Part shown: piece by piece, positions 34,710 to 43,468 of the stretch | Layout: each line of letters begins with the position of its first letter | How positions within the stretch are numbered: position 1 is the stretch's first letter | Assembly: GCA_021827925.1 (NCBI GenBank) | Contig: JAKATZ010000003.1 | Coordinates: 16,567 to 80,566 of the forward strand | Length of the DNA stretch: 64,000 nucleotides | Origin: Candidatus Micrarchaeota archaeon | GTDB lineage: Archaea > Micrarchaeota > Micrarchaeia > Micrarchaeales > CABMGC01 | Direction of reading: 5' to 3' | Translations under genes and position numbers: made by a program | Notes under the pieces: model-generated | The model's database searches: none | What the model saw: only the letters and a program-made list of their open reading frames with translations | What the model was told of the DNA's origin: nothing

Positions 34710-35528
34710 TTAATCCTTAACCGCTCCGGGCCAGAACAATTTGATAGAATCAAGGGTTCCGGAGACTGATTTTACTGTGATGTCCTCGAAAGTCCGGTTG
34801 CCGGTCACGGCCACGTGTATGAAAGTATCTGCTTCTGAGAAGGTAATCATGGCAACGCCAGAGATAGAAGACCTCCTTGCCAATGAGGATAGGCTACCGA
34901 CATTCAGTATGAATTCCAAAACCGATGCTCCTGTGCCAAAGTTTTGGGTTATTTTTCCGGAGGTGAGATCGATAGCAGCGCCCCTTACCTCGTGAACTAT
35001 CGCAGTGATGTTTACGGGTTCGCTCGTCTCTCTTCGCATGAGACGCGGCAGTTCGTCATGTAAAATATCGAAAACCGAGCTGCCGATTTCTGGATCTGCA
35101 CTTTTTCTGCGCATGCCAGTTTCATAGCTGAATCTTCCGCCGTAACCACCGTAAGAGAGATACATCGAAGGAAACGGCTTCGTTTGCATTAGGACGCCTT
35201 CAGGAGTGCACCGTATCCCGACTGCCAAGTCGATAACTACGCTGTCCGAAGCGTGGTTTGCGGTATTCTGAGGGGTCTGCTTTTCTGGACCGGCCTGGTG
35301 GCCAATCTTTCGATCCTGTTGTATCCTTACCTCCCCACGAACATGATAGCGCAGGTAGGTTTTGTCATCCGAGTATGGCGCAGGGTAGATGTTGCGCACG
35401 ACAGTGAGATCCCCTTTCAGTCCGCACGCCCTCATGGTATCTGAGATAGGTACTTTCTCCGTAGCACTCAGCAGAATGACCTTAGCCACAGTATCCACTG
35501 TTTCGCTTCTTTTTCTTTCGCTCGGCAT
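34710..35528 (-). CDS. hypothetical protein (ORFan by eye)
   Basis: 272-aa ORF with an ATG start. No motif I recognise. Predicted soluble, with a Gly/Tyr patch 'SYGGYGGRFSYE'. Confidence 0.4.
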   Translation of the reverse strand: MPSERKRSETVDTVAKVILLSATEKVPISDTMRACGLKGDLTVVRNIYPAPYSDDKTYLRYHVRGEVRIQQDRKIGHQAGPEKQTPQNTANHASDSVVIDLAVGIRCTPEGVLMQTKPFPSMYLSYGGYGGRFSYETGMRRKSADPEIGSSVFDILHDELPRLMRRETSEPVNITAIVHEVRGAAIDLTSGKITQNFGTGASVLEFILNVGSLSSLARRSSISGVAMITFSEADTFIHVAVTGNRTFEDITVKSVSGTLDSIKLFWPGAVKD

Positions 35529-35609
35529 AGCAACAACCTAAACCTTAGATTATGAATGGCACTTGCAGAAATCGTTTGTCTGACAATCCTACTTTCCTTC
35601 AGCTGATAT

Positions 35610-36095
35610 TTAACCTTTTCTGCTAGGCATCTCGGTCATGCCCAGCGATAATAGAGCCTGCCGTGCCTGTCCAAGTAAGGATACTTTTACAAGCAGGTAA
35701 TCCTTGGAATAGGTAGAGAGTATCAGGAAGTCCAGACCCACTCCCGATAGTGCACTGCTTATGGCAGCCAGAAAATCCGACGTGCGAGAAGACGAAGCTG
35801 ATGCAGGCAGAATGATCCCGTATCTTTCTTTGCCAATTTCAAGTAAGTCCAGATACTTCACATTCTCCTCCCTTGTCACAACTGTGATCTCGGTATTGTC
35901 TTTTGACACCATGAAATGTTCTCCGGAATCAGGAACGCTGTTCACTTTTGCACATACGTATGACCCTGCCTCTATAGTAAAAACTCCTTTTTCCAACGCG
36001 TTTGGGATTACTTTTTCTGATTGCCTCGGCCGTGTAAGATTGCCTAAAAGTCCGGATATGGCACTGTCATCTTTCTTATTGGTTGTGCTTATCAT
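35610..36095 (-). CDS. hypothetical protein, possible ACT-like ligand-binding domain
   Basis: 161-aa ORF. The C-terminal 'LSGVGLDFLILSTYSKDYLLV' resembles ACT-domain strands. Weak call. Confidence 0.3.
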   Translation of the reverse strand: MISTTNKKDDSAISGLLGNLTRPRQSEKVIPNALEKGVFTIEAGSYVCAKVNSVPDSGEHFMVSKDNTEITVVTREENVKYLDLLEIGKERYGIILPASASSSRTSDFLAAISSALSGVGLDFLILSTYSKDYLLVKVSLLGQARQALLSLGMTEMPSRKG

Positions 36096-36150
36096 TGCAT
36101 ATGCCCTTAGTGAATAGGCTAGCGTATCTTTGTATACATAAAACCTGTTT

Positions 36151-36951
36151 TCAGTGACCCATCACCGCGCCAAGCAGTGCGTTCTGACAACTGCACTTGT
36201 TGGCCGCAGGAATGTCCCCTATGATGCAGGATACGAGCCTTTTTGCATTTTCTATATTGCCCGCGAATACCTCAGCTACTTCTCCAGCCGTTACTGCCTT
36301 TATCTCACTTTTGCCGTCAAGCCCTGCGTCATAATCGGTAACCATACCTATCCCAAGGTAGCATATTTCCCTCTCCCTTGCAAGAGTCGCTTCGGGATAC
36401 TGGGTCATTCCTATCACGTCGAAGCCCTGCGCGCTGAAGAAGCGCGATTCTGCCTTTGTGGAGAAGCGCGGCCCGTTAATCACTACTATTGTGCCTGCAT
36501 CGTGGTGTCTTATGCCTAGCCTGTCTGATGCCTCAGATGCTACTCCCCTCAGCTCAGGGCAGTAGGGTTCTGCCGCACTTATATGCGCCACTTTGTCTTC
36601 ATCAAAGAACGTGTCCGCCCTCCCATTGGTCAGGTTCACATACTGGTCGAAGAATACAAAATCGCGAGGGGCATATTCCTCTTTTAGGGAGCCTATTGCA
36701 TTTGTAGCTAGTATTCTCTTTACCCCCAGATTTGCCATAGCGTCTATGTTGGCCCGGTATGGGACTTTGTGTGGTGGGATGGAATGCCTGCTGCCGTGCC
36801 GGGGAAGAAATGCGACCTTCTTGCCGCACATACTGCCAAGTGTAATAGAATCGCTTGGCTTGCCGTACTTTGTCTCCACATCCACTTTCTTGGGATTCTC
36901 GAAGAGCGAGTAGAAACCTGATCCGCCGATTATGCCTATCTCTGCATCCAT
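36151..36951 (-). CDS. mtnP: S-methyl-5'-thioadenosine phosphorylase
   Basis: 266 aa. 'IGIIGGSGFY', 'FLPRHG', 'ATNAIGSL', 'GMTQYPEA' motifs. Confidence 0.9.
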   Translation of the reverse strand: MDAEIGIIGGSGFYSLFENPKKVDVETKYGKPSDSITLGSMCGKKVAFLPRHGSRHSIPPHKVPYRANIDAMANLGVKRILATNAIGSLKEEYAPRDFVFFDQYVNLTNGRADTFFDEDKVAHISAAEPYCPELRGVASEASDRLGIRHHDAGTIVVINGPRFSTKAESRFFSAQGFDVIGMTQYPEATLAREREICYLGIGMVTDYDAGLDGKSEIKAVTAGEVAEVFAGNIENAKRLVSCIIGDIPAANKCSCQNALLGAVMGH

Positions 36952-36952
36952 G

Positions 36953-38080
36953 TCATTGCCTCTTCCCTGGCGAATCGTGCGAGAGCTTTACCATGCTCCC
37001 TTCTGACTCGAGAAGCGCGGGTATTGATGAACTGTAAGGAAATTCTACTACCCCTATCTCAGTGACTATGGCTGAAACAAGGCTGGGAGGAGTCCGGTCA
37101 AAAGCAGGATTTATGACACCCACCCCTTTTGGGACAACGGTGGTACCTCCAAAGAGGGTCTCAACCTCCTGTGGCTTTCTCTGCTCTATGCGCACATCTG
37201 CGACGGTATGAAGAGGGTCTATGGTTGAAGTGGGTGCTGCAACATACATTTTTACGCCGAGCTCCTTCGCCATCAAGGAGAGACCGAATGTGCCTATTTT
37301 ATTGTAAACAGTACCGCTCTCCTCCGAATAATTTCCAAGAATCCTGTCTGCACCGGCCCATACAGCGGTGGCCTTTTCCTCACGCATCAGGTGGCCGGCC
37401 ATATTATCCGTTATAACCTGCACAGGTATCCCGTCCTTCTTGAGCTCCCATGCCGTGAGCCTGGCTCCCTGATAGAGAGGAGCAGTGTATGTGGTAAGAA
37501 CCCTAAACCTTACACCGTCTGCCCAGGCCGCCCTCATCGGAGCAGTAGACGTTCCAATCCCGTCACATGCAAGCGTACCGGCATTACAGACAGTGACAAG
37601 CACATCGCCGTCGTGGATTAGAGTTTTCCCCTGCTCCCCTATCTTAACGGTGGCGGACACGTTATCGATTTGTATATTCTTTGCGCAGTCTATAGCTGCT
37701 GCCTTCACATCCGGGGCACTGCTTCCTTTTCCTATCTCGGAGCGTATTACTTCTTGTATCTTCCTGACTCCCCATCCGAGGTTTACAGCGGTTGGTCTTG
37801 CGGCTGCAAGGAGATCTCCCTGCTCTATCGCATTCTTGAGTATCTGATCGTTTGAGTTAGGGGAGTTGTTGGCAACCATGGCGGTGCCGTAAGCTCCCGC
37901 CTCTCCCAGTATTGGAGCTCCGCGAATCTCCAGGCCCTGAATGGCAGTTATAAGCCTATGGAGATCTTTTGAGGAGGTGTACACCTCATTCCACGGAATC
38001 CTGGAGTTGTCAAGCCAGACTATCTCTTCAGAAACGTCATCCCACCGTATAGGCACTACAAACGTAGCTACATTTGACAT
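36953..38080 (-). CDS. mtnA: methylthioribose-1-phosphate isomerase (eIF-2B alpha/beta/delta-like family)
   Basis: 375 aa. 'CNAGTLA' and 'VWAGADRI' motifs. Lies 1 nt upstream of mtnP. Ribose-1,5-bisphosphate isomerase is the alternative family member. Confidence 0.8.
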   Translation of the reverse strand: MSNVATFVVPIRWDDVSEEIVWLDNSRIPWNEVYTSSKDLHRLITAIQGLEIRGAPILGEAGAYGTAMVANNSPNSNDQILKNAIEQGDLLAAARPTAVNLGWGVRKIQEVIRSEIGKGSSAPDVKAAAIDCAKNIQIDNVSATVKIGEQGKTLIHDGDVLVTVCNAGTLACDGIGTSTAPMRAAWADGVRFRVLTTYTAPLYQGARLTAWELKKDGIPVQVITDNMAGHLMREEKATAVWAGADRILGNYSEESGTVYNKIGTFGLSLMAKELGVKMYVAAPTSTIDPLHTVADVRIEQRKPQEVETLFGGTTVVPKGVGVINPAFDRTPPSLVSAIVTEIGVVEFPYSSSIPALLESEGSMVKLSHDSPGKRQ

Positions 38081-38101
38081 TGTACCTTTTCAATAATAGG
38101 C

Positions 38102-38863
38102 ATGGGAAGATATATAGTTATTATTGGAGCACAAGACAAGGGTATGGATGGAGAGAGAGTCAGGACTGCCGGAGAACAGATACTGAAGGCGGTGCGAAGG
38201 CTGTACGATAAAGGCATGATAGATACTTTCTCGGGTAACGTTAGCGTGAAGCTTGATGAGGACACAATCCTTATTACTCCGGGAGGGAGCATTTCGCAGG
38301 ACGGATATCCGTTGTCAGGAGACAAGATAGAGATAACGCAGGATGATCTAGCGAGGATAGATATGCAGGGAAACATTGTAGACGGCAAGGCAAAACCTTC
38401 ATCGGAATGGAGGATGCATGCGGCTGCATATAAGGTACTTCCGAAGACGCGCGCCGTTGTTCATCCGCATCCTGTCTACACGCTCTCAATATTTGACGCG
38501 TATGCAGGAGATGAAGAAAATGCCGAGAAAAGGACTAGATTAGGGCTGGAGGGGCTTAGAAGCGCACTGGATAAGATGGAAGAGCCCGAATATTACATTG
38601 GCAGAATAGGAGGCGTCGGAAGGCTGAAGAACGGTTCTGACGAGCTTGCGAATGGCGTTGCTGCTGAATTAGCGAAAGGAGCAACGGTAGTTGTACTTGA
38701 GGCGCATGGAGTCACCGCTGTAGGGCCTACCCTTTATAAGGCGCTCGGAAGAGCCGAAGCGCTGGAGATTGCAGCAATGAAAAGGCACTACTCACTCGTC
38801 ACGCAGGCTGCAATAAATGCATCGTATGGCGAGCCGGAAAGGACTAGGAGGGTTGGCACTTAG
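38102..38863 (+). CDS. class II aldolase/adducin-family protein (MtnB dehydratase or Ald2-type aldolase)
   Basis: 253 aa. Metal-binding 'VVHPHPVYT' and 'VVLEAHGVTAVGPT'. Divergent from mtnA with only 21 nt between the start codons. Confidence 0.8.
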   Translation: MGRYIVIIGAQDKGMDGERVRTAGEQILKAVRRLYDKGMIDTFSGNVSVKLDEDTILITPGGSISQDGYPLSGDKIEITQDDLARIDMQGNIVDGKAKPSSEWRMHAAAYKVLPKTRAVVHPHPVYTLSIFDAYAGDEENAEKRTRLGLEGLRSALDKMEEPEYYIGRIGGVGRLKNGSDELANGVAAELAKGATVVVLEAHGVTAVGPTLYKALGRAEALEIAAMKRHYSLVTQAAINASYGEPERTRRVGT

Positions 38864-39010
38864 ACTTCCAATCATCTGGGATCCCGCACAGACAATTCTT
38901 CGGGCCACTAGTTTGTATAAGAGGAACATGAAGCGGTTTACTGATGCGGATATATTGGGCGATTGACTGACCGTTTTTAGTATATATAGTTTGCTGCTTA
39001 AGGGTAATGC

Positions 39011-40102
39011 ATGGCTGATGAGGATAAAGAGAACAAAGTAAAGGAGATAATGCGCAGGAAGGAAGAGCACATTGGCATATGCATCGAGAAGCCTGTCCAG
39101 GCGCGGCGGGTTCGCACTCTTTTTGACAAGGTACACCTAATAAATAACTCGCTTCCGGAGATAGACTTTGATGAGATAGAACTCGCTACTTCTTTCCTTG
39201 GACACAAGCTCTCCGCGCCGCTGATAATAGGAGCCATGACGGGAGGAGCAGAAAGCGCCAAGACAATAAATGGGAATCTGGCAAAGGCGGCAGAGAAGCT
39301 GGGACTCGGCATGGTAGTGGGAAGCCAGAGGGCTGGACTGTATGACAAAAGGCTCGGGGAAACCTATGCGATATCCAGAATGGCAGGGCCGAACATATTC
39401 ATAGGCTCCAACATAGGCGGTGCGCAAATTTCTGCAGGCTTCTGTCTTGATGATGCAAGGAAACTGGTGGATATGCTTGATGCTGATGCCTTATACGTGC
39501 ATCTGAATCCTGCGCAGGAAGTTGTTCAGCCCGAAGGGGATATGAACTACAGAAATGTGCTTCGCGGAATCAAGAGCTTCGTTGAAGGCCTTGATGTTCC
39601 TGTTGTTGTGAAGGAGGTTGGATTTGGCATATCCGGAGAGGTTGCCAGGAAGCTCGAGGAGGCGGGAGTTGGAGCGATAGAAGTAGCAGGCACAGGAGGA
39701 ACAAGCTACGCTGCTGTTGAATATTACAGGGCCAGGGAGATGGGGATGAAGAGAAAGGAGAGGATGGGGGAACTGCTCTGGGATTGGGGAATACCGACTG
39801 CTGCTGCCGTCTATTCGGCCGTCAGGAACACCAAGCTTCCGGTGGTATCTTCCGGAGGCATAAGAACGGGCATAGATGTCGCAAAATCCATAGCAATGGG
39901 AGCCTCTGCATGCTCAGTTGCATGGCCACTCCTTAAACCTGCCGCAGAATCTGCCGAAAAAGCGGAAAATGCTCTCAGCGACTTGATTTATGGATTGAAA
40001 ACTGCCATGTTCCTTACAGGCAGTAGCAACATCAAGGAGCTCGGGATGGCGAGATATGTTGTGACAGGAGATCTCAAGGAGTGGTGCGATCAGCTGGTAT
40101 AG
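39011..40102 (+). CDS. fni: isopentenyl-diphosphate delta-isomerase, type 2 (FMN-dependent)
   Basis: 363 aa. 'RKEEHI', 'PLIIGAMTGG', 'VKEVGFGIS', 'GTGGTSYAAVE', 'SSGGIRTGIDVAK'. Confidence 0.9.
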   Translation: MADEDKENKVKEIMRRKEEHIGICIEKPVQARRVRTLFDKVHLINNSLPEIDFDEIELATSFLGHKLSAPLIIGAMTGGAESAKTINGNLAKAAEKLGLGMVVGSQRAGLYDKRLGETYAISRMAGPNIFIGSNIGGAQISAGFCLDDARKLVDMLDADALYVHLNPAQEVVQPEGDMNYRNVLRGIKSFVEGLDVPVVVKEVGFGISGEVARKLEEAGVGAIEVAGTGGTSYAAVEYYRAREMGMKRKERMGELLWDWGIPTAAAVYSAVRNTKLPVVSSGGIRTGIDVAKSIAMGASACSVAWPLLKPAAESAEKAENALSDLIYGLKTAMFLTGSSNIKELGMARYVVTGDLKEWCDQLV

Positions 40103-40123
40103 CAAACGCACCCTTCCTCATTC

Positions 40124-40519
40124 CTAAATCCCTTGCTTGCGATTGTCACTCCTGAATGGTCCGCACTGATTATACGGGTTTATACTAGCGGAGGCGGCCC
40201 CGAGCAGGACCTCAACGCCGGCAGCAGCAGTAGCTAACATCATGCCTTTTCCCTTTGCGTCTTTCCCGTCCCGTATGAAGTACATGCCGGACATAAGGCT
40301 TGTGGGAAAGACAGCCAATGGAAGGGTAGGAAAGACGGCATGGACATGTATCGTGTCCAGAGAGAACGCTCCCAGGGAGACGATAGTACCAGTCAGTATC
40401 ATCGCTTTGCCCCAAGTTATCTGTACATGTCCTTTACGCAAAAGCTTCGCTGCTTCTAGTGAAAGGGATACATTCGGGTTTCCTTCCACAGAGGCTCTGG
40501 AGACATTGAATCGCAACAT
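40124..40519 (-). CDS. hypothetical membrane protein
   Basis: 131-aa ORF with 2-3 hydrophobic helices. Confidence 0.35.
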   Translation of the reverse strand: MLRFNVSRASVEGNPNVSLSLEAAKLLRKGHVQITWGKAMILTGTIVSLGAFSLDTIHVHAVFPTLPLAVFPTSLMSGMYFIRDGKDAKGKGMMLATAAAGVEVLLGAASASINPYNQCGPFRSDNRKQGI

Positions 40520-40632
40520 GCTTTATCACTTTTACCTGCTGCCATTTATTGCTTTTGGCGGCAGAAGTGTCCCACAGAACATGATACGCACAGACAGTGC
40601 AGTTTAAATAAGATTTAGGCAATAGTAAATTC

Positions 40633-41178
40633 ATGCGAAGATATAAGTCAATCGTTCTCTCGGGATTGCCGTTGGCAGGCAAGTCAGTTCTGGCAAGGGC
40701 CCTTTCAGAAAAGTACGGGATGGGGGTTTACTCTGTTGGAGACATATGGAAGAGGAAGTGGAAGGAGAGACATCCTGACGATAAGATGGCTTTCGAGGCG
40801 TTCTGGCAGGGAACTTCTGAAGAGGAGAATGCTGCCGAGGACAAAAAGGCGAGAGAAACATTCGAAAGAGGAGGAGTCGTAGGGGATGCGAGGTACTGTG
40901 CCATATTCGGGGGAGATGTGGGACTCAGGATATTTATTACAGCTGAAATTGACATCAGACTTGAAAGAGCATTTTCCGTTGAAAGATACAAGGGTATGGA
41001 TCCGCAGGAGATGAAGGATACGCTTAGGATACGTGAAGCCGATGAGTCGGTCCTAGGGCTCAGGCTATACAGCAAGGATTTCAGGGAGCCGGGACATTAC
41101 CACATAGTATTGAATTCTGGCATGCTCTCTCTTGAAGAGGAAGTAGCCGCAATAGATAGCCTCTTTGAAGCAGATTGA
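40633..41178 (+). CDS. P-loop kinase, cytidylate kinase-like (archaeal Cmk type)
   Basis: 181 aa. P-loop 'SGLPLAGKS'. 'LRIFITAEIDIRLERA' and 'HYHIVLNSGMLSLEE' resemble archaeal CMP kinase strings. Confidence 0.5.
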   Translation: MRRYKSIVLSGLPLAGKSVLARALSEKYGMGVYSVGDIWKRKWKERHPDDKMAFEAFWQGTSEEENAAEDKKARETFERGGVVGDARYCAIFGGDVGLRIFITAEIDIRLERAFSVERYKGMDPQEMKDTLRIREADESVLGLRLYSKDFREPGHYHIVLNSGMLSLEEEVAAIDSLFEAD

Positions 41179-41243
41179 TAAGGAGTTGGCCCGTACGTCT
41201 TGTTTGCGTCTCGATGCAGCAGAAGGAGTTGTGGTATTAAGTT

Positions 41244-41318
41244 CGGGCGCGGCGGGATTTGAACCCGCAACCTACAGCTCCGCAAGCTGCCATGCTATCC
41301 AAGTTGCACCACGCGCCC
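41244..41318 (-). tRNA. tRNA-Arg (anticodon GCG)
   Basis: Hand-folded from the reverse complement. Acceptor GGGCGCG/CGCGCCC, anticodon loop TTGCGGA, T-arm GCGGG-TTCAAAT-CCCGC. Confidence 0.9.
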
Positions 41319-41397
41319 ATACCTATTGCTTTATATATTTTTATCAGTTATCAGTATTAGTCTTGCTTAATTATATAATGCTTAGTTAGATGATCTG

Positions 41398-41568
41398 ATG
41401 CCACCAATACAGAGAGGTAAAGTCTGCTCGTCATGCGGCAAGCTATCTGACAAGTACGTTTCGTTCAGATGCCCCAACTGCAATGACCAGACGATAATAA
41501 GATGCCATGACTGCAGAAAGACTCATACACGGTATAGATGTGCTAAATGCAATTTTGAGGGACCATGA
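41398..41568 (+). CDS. Zn-ribbon protein (four CxxC; translation-associated COG2888-like), below the ORF-track size cut-off
   Basis: Hand translation: MPPIQRGKVCSSCGKLSDKYVSFRCPNCNDQTIIRCHDCRKTHTRYRCAKCNFEGP. The stop overlaps the aEF-1beta ATG (ATGA). Confidence 0.6.
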   Translation: MPPIQRGKVCSSCGKLSDKYVSFRCPNCNDQTIIRCHDCRKTHTRYRCAKCNFEGP

Positions 41569-41813
41569 TGGGAAGCGTAGCGACTGTTTTCAAGGTGTAT
41601 ATAGAGAGTGGCAAGGAAGGCGATGTCAGCAAAGAAATCAGGGAAAAGCTGAAACCCAAAAACATGCAGGTCGAGGATGTTGCTTTCGGCATAAAGGTGG
41701 CGAAGGTTCTCTTCGTTCACGAGGATACCGAAGGAAGCAGCAGCTTCGAAGAGAGACTTAGGAAAATAAGCGGAGTCAATGAAGTTGAGGTTGACGACGA
41801 AACCCTTCTTTGA
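41565..41813 (+). CDS. translation elongation factor aEF-1 beta
   Basis: 82 aa. 'VAFGIKVAKV' and C-terminal 'VNEVEV' are typical of aEF-1beta. Conserved pairing with the Zn-ribbon gene. Confidence 0.75.
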   Translation: MMGSVATVFKVYIESGKEGDVSKEIREKLKPKNMQVEDVAFGIKVAKVLFVHEDTEGSSSFEERLRKISGVNEVEVDDETLL

Positions 41814-43343
41814 CTATTCCTTTTCCTTTATATCAAGGGTTTCCAGTATTCTCTTACGCAGGTCGTACGTGCGCACAAGATGATTATTAGTGTCAACGAT
41901 ATACGCCTTTCCGGAACCTATCTTCACATCACTCGGTTCATAAAGGCCCAGCTTGTCGCATTCTGGATCGTCGAACCTGCACATCGAATCTGATTTTGCG
42001 GAGACGAGAGTAGATACTCTCTTGCCTGCCAGATCTATTGCTCTTATGGAGTTATTGTACGTATCCGCTATATATACGGATCCGCCAGATGCGTGCACCC
42101 CCATCGGGTGCTGCAGCCTTGCCTCAGGAAGGCTGCCGTCTTTATTGCCGAATACAAAAAGGCCGAGGCCTACAAGGGTGCTGACAAAGCCCTCCCTGAG
42201 CGAGATGGAGCGTATTGCAGATGCTTCGCTGTCTGCCACATAAAGCTCTCCGCCATCTGCCGAGATGCCACTGGGCTGCGCGAAAGACGCATCGGAAACA
42301 TTTCCATCGGCCAAGTTCTCCCTGCCATTTCCAGCCTTGAATGTGAAGCTCTCTGCAGAAAGGTCATAGCCATAGACCTGGTGGGCGCCGGCCATCGCAA
42401 TGTAGAGCATCTCCCCTGACGCTGCGAGATCCCACGGTGAGTTTAGGGAAGCTTCGCCGCCTTTTGTCCAGACTTCAGGCAGGGATGTTGATTGATTGCC
42501 CGCACCGGCTATCGTTGATACCGTTCTTGAAGCTAGGTCTATACGGCGTATTTTATTATTGGAGGTATCAGCCACGAAGAGTAGATCATTGTCCTTCCAA
42601 AGCACGCCCTGGGGCTTTGAAAAGGAGGATGATTGGAAATCACCATCCGCATTTCCTGCAGAAATTGTACCTATCTTCTCAGTTATCCTTCCCGTAGCGG
42701 TTTCCACAACCAATATGCGGTTGTGGTTCGAATCGCTTATCGCAAAGAGCTTGCCGCCTGGCGCAAATGAAAGCTTCCCGGGGTAAAGAAGTGTGCCGCT
42801 GCGCGGCTCTGGAACGCGCGCAATTTCGGGAACATTGCCGTACAGCGTCCTGTCCCTGGAATATTTGGAGATCAAGTAATCTATTGTGCCGGATAAAGAT
42901 TCGAAGCTCGTCTCTCCGGCTTCCCTATGAACAACCCTGCCGCTCGGGCTTATTATGACCAGGGTGGGCCATGCACTCACCCCGAATGCACGCCACACTC
43001 GCATCTCATTGTCAACCAACACGGGATGGCGCACCCCATACCTTGCCACTGCGTTGCGTATGTTCTCTTCGTTCCGCTCATTATCGAACTTTGCGGAATG
43101 CACCCCAAGCACAACCACATGCTTGCCGGCATACCTCGCTTCTATCCTCGAGAGTACCGGAAGCATGTGTATGCAGTTTATGCAGCAGTAAGTCCAGAAA
43201 TCAAGTATCACTATGCTGCCTCTGAGCTGCTCAAGTGAGACTGGTTTTTCAACGTTTATCCAAGCCAGCCCTTTTGGAAACTCAGGCGAACCCAGTGCCA
43301 ATCCTGCCATATTCGCGTCCCATCTGATCAAATGAAAATGCAT
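41814..43343 (-). CDS. thioredoxin-like (AhpC/TSA) domain fused to an NHL-repeat beta-propeller (NHLRC2-like)
   Basis: 509 aa. N-terminal 'ILDFWTYCCINCIHMLP'. Repeated 'P.G(V/I)....G.(L/V)Y(V/I)AD..NN.IR.ID' units. The stop abuts the aEF-1beta stop with 0 nt between them. Confidence 0.75.
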   Translation of the reverse strand: MHFHLIRWDANMAGLALGSPEFPKGLAWINVEKPVSLEQLRGSIVILDFWTYCCINCIHMLPVLSRIEARYAGKHVVVLGVHSAKFDNERNEENIRNAVARYGVRHPVLVDNEMRVWRAFGVSAWPTLVIISPSGRVVHREAGETSFESLSGTIDYLISKYSRDRTLYGNVPEIARVPEPRSGTLLYPGKLSFAPGGKLFAISDSNHNRILVVETATGRITEKIGTISAGNADGDFQSSSFSKPQGVLWKDNDLLFVADTSNNKIRRIDLASRTVSTIAGAGNQSTSLPEVWTKGGEASLNSPWDLAASGEMLYIAMAGAHQVYGYDLSAESFTFKAGNGRENLADGNVSDASFAQPSGISADGGELYVADSEASAIRSISLREGFVSTLVGLGLFVFGNKDGSLPEARLQHPMGVHASGGSVYIADTYNNSIRAIDLAGKRVSTLVSAKSDSMCRFDDPECDKLGLYEPSDVKIGSGKAYIVDTNNHLVRTYDLRKRILETLDIKEKE

Positions 43344-43468
43344 GAGTTATTATCCTTTTGTACAAAGGCATATGCCGTTCGTGCTTTATACGAATTTCGC
43401 AATTATTCTACGAAAAAGAAAAGGTATAAATAATTTGCCTTCTGATTAAGTCGCTTGTGGAAGGTGAC

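Noticed and set aside
38938-38972. Possible C/D-box sRNA ('cTGATGc' ... 'CTGA') in the aldolase-fni spacer
   Set aside because: The boxes are only about 20 nt apart and the C box is imperfect. No C'/D' pair or terminal stem is present. A similar weak 'gtATGATGg' at about 55258 has no D box within range.
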